Made by a program: the position numbers and the translations under genes
The notes under the pieces: model-generated
Database searches by the model: none
Seen by the model: only the letters and a program-made list of their open reading frames with translations
Told to the model about the DNA's origin: nothing
Assembly: GCF_009834535.1 (NCBI RefSeq)
Contig: NC_045696.1
Coordinates: 93,188,001 to 93,252,000 of the forward strand
From: Camelus ferus
Taxonomy: Eukaryota
Reading direction: 5' to 3'
Length of the DNA: 64,000 nucleotides
Part shown: positions 55,526-64,000 of the stretch, one piece after another
How the letters are laid out: each line of letters starts with the position of its first letter
Numbering within the stretch: the first letter of the stretch is position 1

Positions 55526-55621
55526 CGTATGTTTGCTCCCAGTTTTCTGTTGCCACTGGCCAATCATATATATCAGGTAACAGTCTGAGTAGAGGTTCTC
55601 CGCCTCTGCTATCAATAGCAG
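55526..55621 (-). CDS. MME: MME exon 6: (S)[31 protein letters not shown](G)
   Basis: caaaag|CT ... ACG|gtaaga; 96 nt. Confidence 0.97.
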
Positions 55622-55707
55622 CTTTTGAAAATAATGAATATAAATGTATTATGAAGTCTATGCATATTTTGGAATACCCCTAATAAAATAAAATGAAGAG
55701 CACTTAC

Positions 55708-55788
55708 ATTCATTTATACAAGATCTATACAACATTTTTGCTTTCTGCACTGCTACTATATCTTCAGCTTTGGGTTCCTGAAGGACAT
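55708..55788 (-). CDS. MME: MME exon 5: (D)[26 protein letters not shown](S)
   Basis: ttcag|AT ... AAT|gtaagt; 81 nt. Confidence 0.97.
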
Positions 55789-56731
55789 CTGAAATAGGGT
55801 ATTGAGTAAATCCATCAATATAATTGCTCATTTGCAGCTGTAATTAACATTTTCAATGCAGGTTTGGTTAAAAACCTGCTTTTTTGTATGTCTGTTCACA
55901 CTTCTCTCATTCCAAAACCCTATAGGAAAAACCAAGCTCCTCACCAGATCATTATTCCTAGTGCAGAACTGGGAGTCAGTTTCATTAGCCAACTTAGATG
56001 AAAGTCTTTTTGACTAGATTATCTCTTTTTGTGAACAGTGATGTGTGCTGTGCTGCCACAGAGAAGTTACTTTTTTTGAAATTGAGATTAAAAGGAAAAC
56101 AAATACTATAGAGGAATTTAATATGACAGTCTTCTTGATGGTTGGAAAATAATTATCTTTGTGCAATAGTACCGTTCATGCTCCAGATGAACTGAATGAA
56201 CTGTTCTATTTGTTTGGTTATTAGAAAATAGCAAAAAAAAATTTCTTTTACAAAGTAACTTCTAGAAGATGAGAACAAAGAATGGAGGATAGCAAAGGAC
56301 TAGACGCAACTTTCTCAGCTTCCCAGGCAGAGCGTCTCAGCTGGGTTAGAACAGCTAAACATACTCTGGGAGGCAAATCTTAGGAACGTCTTGCAGCAAC
56401 TTGAACACAAGGCCAGAATAGAAAGAACATGCAAGCGGCATTCATGGATAATCATTTAACTTCTCCTTCTGTACAATGGCGTAAAGATGCCACCTCTGAG
56501 GATAACAGAGCTTTATCGCGTATACTTGAAATGAAAGCAGGAATGCTAAGAGATGCCAGCGTATCCCTTTCAGTGTCCACCGCCCTCAGAGAGACCCAGT
56601 GGTGGTCCACAGAACTTGGGGGGATTATCAACTTGAATCTTTTGCGACACTCCCTGTAATGGCCTAGAGTTGTATCTCAAAAAATTGCTATATTAAGAGA
56701 AATCTCTGATGCATAGACACAAATCCCACTA

Positions 56732-56989
<258 letters not shown>

Positions 56990-57530
56990 TCAAGTAGACT
57001 GATGCTCCTTTTTTTTCACCTGTATAACCTGTCAACTCAGGTGGAATGGCAAATACTACCTGTGGATAGTTCTCCCTCCTTTACTGTAGTTGGTTGGTTT
57101 TATTCTTGAGAGGTCTGGGTCCTCCTATCTACATTTCATCCCCTCCTTTAAATAACTGAGGTTCTTGCTAGTTCCTATCTCAGATGAGAAAAAACAATAC
57201 AGGTCTGCTTTAGCCTTCCCGGGCCGGGCGTTAACACAAGGTTACTCTTCACTCTGGTAACTTGAGCTGCTGACTCCACTCTTCAAGGTGCTGTGAACTT
57301 TGAATGTCTGAGACTCCAAGGGATGTGGGATTGTTAATGGATTTATCACTGTAGTAAAGACCTGAAGCTAGAGTTATTACTTCTTGGACTTTGCTTACAA
57401 AATTTTTGCAATTCAAATGTGATATCCGATTTGCACTTGTTTACGGAGAGTCTGTCATTATAAAATTGTCTATAAGCTTCTTGGTTCTTCTCATGTCCAC
57501 CATTTTATCTTTGAGAACTATGATGAAAAT

Positions 57531-57995
57531 TGTGAAATAAAATTCGTATTTTATGGCAAGACAAGAAAAATTTAAACATAAAAAATTCTTCTCCACCCTT
57601 TGGCCTCCTTTCCTTGCACTGTGCATTGTGTGTCTGCATTATGCATTGACCAAGCCGCCCCCACTGGCAGGAATACCTGCTCAACCATGAAGAGCAACAT
57701 TCTCCAAGCATCAGCACGGCAACTCCTTAAAAGATAACATTCCTTCTTGATCTTGTAAGGGGTCACGTGACCCACCAGGATGACGCTTAGATCTGGATTA
57801 TATAAACTGTCAATAATACATAATTTAATGTACAGCCCTCTGTCTCAAAAAACTTATACAACTGTGCCTTGATTTCTAACTGGCGGGACAGTTCTCACAG
57901 CTTTCTGAGATGCTCTTCCTGGGTTATAATCCTCAAATTTGGCTCAAATAAAACTTTCCATTTCTTTTTTAGATTGTTTAATTTTTTTGGCAGCA
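57531..57995 (+). mobile_element. ERV1-type solo LTR (465 bp)
   Basis: TG...CA ends; 4-bp TSD AAAT at 57527-57530 and 57996-57999; AATAAA near 57947. Confidence 0.8.
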
Positions 57996-59551
57996 AAATG
58001 CAAATCAATCAACACTGAGTATTTACAATGTGCAAAAACACTGTGCTAGGTGCTACAATTGACAGAAAGATGTATAAAATAGGAATTATTACCGCTGAAG
58101 ACAGTATCACAAGTAGGAGGTCCAACGCCCACAATTTCTACACCTGAAATAGTGAGAAAACCCTTCCACTGTCCTCCCCAAATTCTACCTCATACAAGTT
58201 GAACTGTTTTGCAAGGAAAACAAAAGAGCAATTGAGAATTCATCTGCATCAAGAGAGTGTAAAGTTCTCAAATTAGCTTTTGAAAATACTTCACTTTCTG
58301 AATAAATAAATCAATTAAACACTTCAAACAATTGCTGAGCTGTGTGGATTTTTCCAACCTGGAATGGGGAATCTGTCTTCCAGTTGAGCCTCAAGCCCCT
58401 GCTTCTAACACCTCTGGACACATTTGCTCGGCTGCCATCTTTCAGGCTCCATCTCTTTGAGACTAAATTCTCTGGGTTTCCTCCAGGCAGTCCTCTCTGG
58501 ACTTTTACACTTTGATACATGCACAATGGTTATCACAGCCTCCCAAGTTTGAAATCTCGAGTAAAACTCTGTACTTTTTGCTCTCCCCTGGGCTTATCAG
58601 TAACTTCTTTGCCTCTTTTCTAGACTTTTTACATGATCTTTGTCAGCCCAGTTTACATCTTCGTCCCTTTTGACTAGAAGCTACCCAACTACTCCTCTTG
58701 CTAGTATCATCTCCTTACTTCTATATACTCCCCCCATCTTTCACAGATAAAACTTCCCCAAAGACCCTTTGGCACTGGCCACCCCCTTGCTCAAAAAATG
58801 TCAGCAGTTGACATCGCCCAGGGTTAAATTAAAAACTTTAATTGGCTAATCAAACATCTCTACCTTCTCTTTTTTTCTCTCTGGGTTTTTATATAAACTC
58901 TGCTCTAACCTGACGGGCTTGCTCCACATGCCACAAACACTCCTGTGTTTCCCTACCCTGTGCCTTTGTTTCTCATCCCCTCACCCCAGCCTTTTACCTC
59001 CCCTTCCCATTCTTTCCAAATCCTACCCACTATTCAAGGTTCAGCTACTGTCCCATCTCTTCCGGAAGCTCCCATGACTCCAAACCTTAGGCACGATTTC
59101 TTTCTCTGAACTCCTCAGCTTACTGCCTCACTCAGCCTTAAAGGCTTTGAGTTTCTCAGGGCGGATCCCTGCCATGTCTTCCTAACCATTCTGTTAATGA
59201 ACTTAGCCTCTCTGTATTCCCATCACTTAGCACCTCAGAAAAAGGCGGCAATTAAGCTTCTGTGTGACGATGTTACTGAATCATCCATGAATCCTCTTCC
59301 TCCCTCCTCCTACACAGCCCCCTCCGCAGCTCCTGCAGGCAGATCAGCTCTCATTTTACAGCCTCCACAGTCCATCCCATTCACGGTTTCCATTCTCTCT
59401 CAGGCTCTGTTTGTGCCCTTTCACCCAAGCTATGGCCCCAGGCTCTCCCCACCCATCCATCCTGTCTGTCAGTCAGATTCAAGCTGTCCTGTCATTTCAG
59501 CATGCCATCTTCCTCTCCAAGGTTTTCAGTATAGCCCTCTTACATTCATAA

Positions 59552-60122
59552 TGAAACAGAACAGGACCCTGTGGGGTCCTCCCTGGTAAAAAATACTTTC
59601 GGTGTCTTCCATTTCTTGTTAGTAGGACATAGGCCTCATTCAACCTCCTTGGTCTTCCCTGAGTTCCAAAGGGCAGATTCAAACAGTTGCTAGTCAGGGA
59701 AGGGAGGGAGCACAGAGACTCCGAGGAACACTCAAGAAACAATAGTGCAGCCTTGGGGCAGGGTCCTGGTTCCTTCTCAAGGAATATATATAACAATACC
59801 TTTGAGTTCTTCTGCTGGAACTAAGGCCCCCACCCAGGAGGAGGATGGCAACGTCAGGCTGAGCACAAGAGTGAGCACCGCCCTGTTACCTCACCGCCAA
59901 CCAATCAGAGGCAAGGCACATACACTGAAGCTTTCACCGCAAATTTTGCCTATAAAGACTTTTCCCCAAAAACCATCGAGGAGTTTGGGTTTCTTGAGCA
60001 CGAGTTGCCAGTTCTCCTGACTTGGCCCTGCAATAAACACTTCTCTGCTCCCAACTCGGACTGAAGTTTCAGTTTGTCTGGTCTCACTGTGGGTTTGACA
60101 CACAAACTTTTGTTCAGTAACG
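59552..60122 (+). mobile_element. ERV1-type solo LTR (571 bp)
   Basis: TGAAACAGAAC...GTTCAGTAACG ends (terminal CA changed to CG); TSD ATAA at 59548-59551 and 60123-60126; CCAAT at ~59901, TATAAA at 59951, AATAAA at 60032. Confidence 0.85.
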
Positions 60123-60437
60123 ATAACAGAATCCAGATTCCACAGCATATGCTAACCCTCATGTATCTAGTGAAGTTTCTCACAATGCTTTCTTACATGA
60201 GCCATCTGCCCCAATTAAAAGAATGTATTCATTTTCTGCTATAAATTGTTATAGTTTTCTGCTTCTGTAACTTTGACCATGCAGATCCTTTTTTATTTTT
60301 TCATGTTTAGAAATTTCAGGGATGTTCAAGGTCCAGTTCAACTCCTCCTTCAGGAAGAATTGTCCTTACAATATCCACATCAGCTCATAGCATATTCTTT
60401 TTTTTTTTTTTTTTGGCTGGAAAATGCATTGTCTCCT

Positions 60438-60979
60438 TGAGACAGGAGGGAAGGGGACAGGGCACAGCCAATAAAGGAATGATGCAGCAAGGAGCACCAA
60501 GATGGTGGAAGACTCAATTCTTATTAGACCTTGAGCTTTGATATAAGGTCACTGAAATACAACAGCAGCTAAATGGTACTCCCATGGGTGCCAATGACAG
60601 TTTCAAGGCTCAAAGGTCAAAAAGTGGGTGATGGCCCAGTTCCTGGGACTTCTAGCTCCTTCCTCAAACTAGCTGGAATAATCCTCCCACTTGTTAGCAT
60701 ATGAAGTTACAGAGCCCATAAACGCTAACAACCCCACACCCGGGCTCAGTCTCGCTCGTGCTCTCTCTCTCCCTTTTCTCTTGCCTTTTGAGATGGCGAG
60801 CATTCTGTCTATGCAGTGTGCATCTCTCTGAATAAATCTACCTTTACTCAACTGATGCTCATTCTTGAATTCTTTCCTGCATGAAGCCAAGAACCCACAC
60901 TTGATGGGGTGTGTCTGAGAGACTCGCCTGGGACCTAGGACGTGGCCATCTTCTCATGCCCCATATTTTCCCTGCATCA
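60438..60979 (+). mobile_element. ERV1-type solo LTR (542 bp)
   Basis: TGAGACAGG...CTGCATCA ends; TSD TCCT at 60434-60437 and 60980-60983; CATAAA (TATA-like) at ~60717, AATAAA at 60831. Confidence 0.85.
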
Positions 60980-62235
60980 TCCTCACCAGGACTGTGGTTC
61001 CCATAAAGGAGAGAATGCATTTTTCCAGTTTTCTCTCAGAGAAAACCAACGTTGTGCTCAATCAAGACTTGTCAGTAAAAACTCTGACTTGGAACATCAG
61101 GGAGAGATTAAGAAACTGATCTTAAAAAGGCAGAGAGAAAGAGGCAAATCCCTTGAACTTTGAAGGAAATGAAGCTATAGTGGCAGAGGAAGTAAAAATA
61201 AAGACCCTAAATAATATATGTAAAGTGAAAAACCAGAAAATTGGAGTCTGAAAGTACTGATACCTAAAGACATTCTAAGGAGACATTTTCAGTCATTTTA
61301 TGTAACTCATGTCTTTTAACATACTTTTAAAAAATGTAAGGTGAATGACATAAAGGTAACTGCCATCTTGGGAGCACGCTGTTTTCTCCTCTTCTCTGAG
61401 GAAATGGACGGTTTATGTCCTAACACCACCAAGAGCCATGAACTCCAAGTTGGGAGAGCAGTGAACAAGTAACGCACAAGTGGAGTGAACGAGAGTAACG
61501 CACAAGTCTCACTGCCTCCTTGGAAACCCCACCTGCCCCTTTTTAACATTCTGGGCAAGCACGAGGACCAATGGCTGCAGCTCCACTCTCAGGAGCACGG
61601 ATCCACTGCCCCGTTCACGCAACCCTACCTCCCACGTCTCCCGCAAGGAAAAAAGATGACCTTCCCCTCATAGGTTGAATTCCCCTACTTGATACCCAGT
61701 TAAACTGCTTCCATCTGGACAACAAACCAAAGAAGCAGCATTCAAACCATTTGTGAGAGAGGTGCAGACGAGAGAGGAAGAGGCCACTCTGCAAACCCCT
61801 TCTGTGCCACTTTTAAAATTTCCCTTTGACCAGAGAGCTCATCTGAGCACCGGCGCTTCCAATTACTTCAAAGAGAGCTCTGTTCTGATGAATATTTTGG
61901 GGCCATGGGCCAAGGCAAGTCACGGGCTAGCACTATTATGCTGGCTCTTTGATCAAACTTCCTTTAATCTCTTATCGTGGGTTTGATTTTCGTTTTGCAC
62001 CCTATCCTCTGGACCTCCTCTGTGCTGACTTTTCTTTGAAGTCAGCGGTAGACTTGTGGGTAGAAGGGCCATAGGAAACAGACGCACAACTGGTTGTAGT
62101 TGTTTTTATATTTTCGCACTTTGTTTTGAATTACTCAGCCTCTCCACATAGCTACACCTGGCTCTTCAGATGTTTCCTTATCTGTGGGCTTCTGACTTCT
62201 GAGTAAATAAATGTGGTTTAAAAACAAATAAAATG

Positions 62236-62394
62236 GGGGACGGGTGGAGGGCATAGCTCAGTTGTAGAGTGCATGCCTAGCATGCGCAAGGTCCTGGGTT
62301 CAATCCCCAGTACCTCCATCAAAATAAATAAATAAACCTAATTACCCCCCCCAATAAATTAAAAGATAATTAATAAATAATAATGACTGATAAA
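62236..62394 (+). mobile_element. tRNA-derived SINE (camelid Vic-1-like)
   Basis: GCATAGCTCAGTTGTAGAG...GGGTTCAATCCCCAGTACCTCCA, tail aaataaacctaattacccccc; 10-bp TSD aaataaaatg. Confidence 0.9.
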
Positions 62395-63430
62395 AAATAA
62401 AATGATTTCACCTCAATAAGTAAACATAAAAAATGGTGCAGTAAAAGCCAATGTATTGATATGGAACGCTGTCAGCCTGATGCTTGTAAAGCGAAAGAGC
62501 GAGCATATTATGATTTTCGAAAATCTGTCCAAAAACATAAAGTCTAAAAGGCTTTTACAGCAGTTATAGCTGGGTGGAGGGATTATGAGTGTGTTTAATT
62601 TTGTATTATTTGCTTATCTTTATTTTCCAATTTGTATTAGATGAACATAGGTTGCTTTTGCAATAAGAAAAAAGAATTTATTTTTAATTTTAGAAAACAG
62701 TCACAAAGAAAAGTAATCTTCTATTAATAATGAGCTTATTTCTTATGAACGACAATTCTGAATGTTCTAGGCTGATAATAAATGGCACGCCATTTTCTCC
62801 CTAACTAATCTCATAACAGTCTCCCAAAGTTATTTGACTACAGGAGTTTAAAATCAAACTCAACTACCATCTGGGACGTTATTAATTACTGTATTCATTA
62901 CTGGGGTCTATTGTGTGGGTATGGATTAGGAGTTGCTGTACAAGCTGAGAAAATATTTGGAGTGCTTAAATCAGGCAGACCTATTTTGAATCCCTGAGCT
63001 TCCCCACTTTTTAGTTGTACAAGAATAAGTAACTTCCCCAAGATCAAGCAGTTAGTAAATGACGGAGGCCCAAGACTTGCATTTAGGTATGTGTGACTCC
63101 GAGCTCACCCTCTCCCCTCCATATTTTGGACACTGCAGGGGGACTGGGTGGAGAAGCAGAGCCTTGCACTCCCTCCCTTTCTCCTCCTCCGCTCTTCCTC
63201 AATTACCCTTTCTCATCCCCTTGCCCTGTCCTCTTCCTCACTTTCTTTCCTCCCTGCCATCCTGTCCCCACAGCTTCCCTCCGTCTCTATGTTAACTTTA
63301 TCACTAGCAACTAGTCCTGGGTCCAAGGGAGGGGGAAGCATCAGAATTTGGAGTCATGGTGGCCAGGAAGCAGGAAGGGGAAAAAACAGCTGACTTCATC
63401 ACAGCAGGGCAAGCAGACAGGAAAGGGGCA

Positions 63431-63464
63431 CAGAGGCCATTCATACTCAGAGGCCATTCATACT
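63431..63464. repeat. Perfect 17-bp tandem duplication CAGAGGCCATTCATACT x2
   Basis: Directly visible. Confidence 0.9.
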
Positions 63465-63581
63465 CAAACGCAGGAGTGCAGCTTCTTGAGATGGACACAT
63501 AGCAGGGTTCTTGCCTCATCTGTCTCTGGACAGAACATGGATTACGGAGAGTGAAAATTCTCAGTGATGTGTTTTACAGGA

Positions 63582-63748
63582 GTACTTTTCAACCCTGGCT
63601 GACCATGTGCATCACCTCAGAAGACTTGTAAACATACAGATGCCAAGGACAGACCCCTGATCAATTAAATCAGAATCTTTCAGGTGGTCCAGGCATTATT
63701 TTCCAAGGCTTCCTAAGTGATTCTAATGTCCATCCAGGGGAGAACCAT
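63582..63748. mobile_element. MER5-like hAT DNA transposon remnant
   Basis: ttttcaaccctggctg...aattaaatcagaatct...aagtgattctaatgt...gagaacca. Confidence 0.65.
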
Positions 63749-64000
63749 CATATTAGACAACAGAGAAACCTGGGAAAATGAAAACCAGAGAATCTAATAT
63801 CAGAGAGTAAAGATGGTCTCATACTTAGGTGAATCAGGCTTATTTCTTCTTGCCTTTCCAGTGTGAATGGGCTTGTATCATGACGATTCATATTTCTAAG
63901 TGCACGTGTGCCCTCTGAGTCCCTGGCACAGTACTGCAGGGAGCCACACATGTGTCTCCTGTACAAGCCCACTCCCCCCAGGCCTCCACTCTGCTATACT

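Noticed and set aside
57421..57445. Possible MME exon 3 (reverse strand reads KCKSDI, vaguely like ICKSSDCI)
   Set aside because: The match is poor and there are no suitable splice sites; exon 3 probably lies beyond the window.
59552..60979. Two neighbouring LTRs as the 5' and 3' LTRs of one deleted provirus
   Set aside because: They differ in sequence, each has its own TSD, and I see no PBS, PPT or gag-pol sequence between them.
62236..62320. tRNA gene (also at 53305 and 12204)
   Set aside because: A and B boxes are present, but AT-rich tails, TSDs and the lack of a proper acceptor stem mark these as SINEs.

Overview
This is mammalian (eukaryotic) genomic DNA, probably camelid judging by its tRNA-derived SINEs (inference). 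The whole window lies inside the MME gene (neprilysin/CD10, M13 zinc metalloendopeptidase) on the minus strand. I mapped 20 consecutive coding exons by hand (exons 4-23 in human numbering, 56895 down to the TAA stop at 139-141). All have GT-AG boundaries and together give 2057 nt of uninterrupted frame, including HEITH, GENIAD, VNAFY and the terminal CRVW. The exons encoding the N-terminus and TM anchor lie beyond 64000. The introns contain ordinary repeats (MIR, L2, old L1, MER5, MaLR-like) and younger elements. The most unusual is a ~3 kb L1 with intact 5' and 3' ends and a TSD but almost no ORF2, joined at what looks like a splice junction and nested in an ERV1-type solo LTR. There are also three solo LTRs with 4-bp TSDs clustered in intron 3, three SINEs with TSDs and a 20-bp minisatellite. 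I found no prokaryote-style system (CRISPR, operon) and no convincing new gene. Repeat family names and human comparisons are from memory and need database confirmation.
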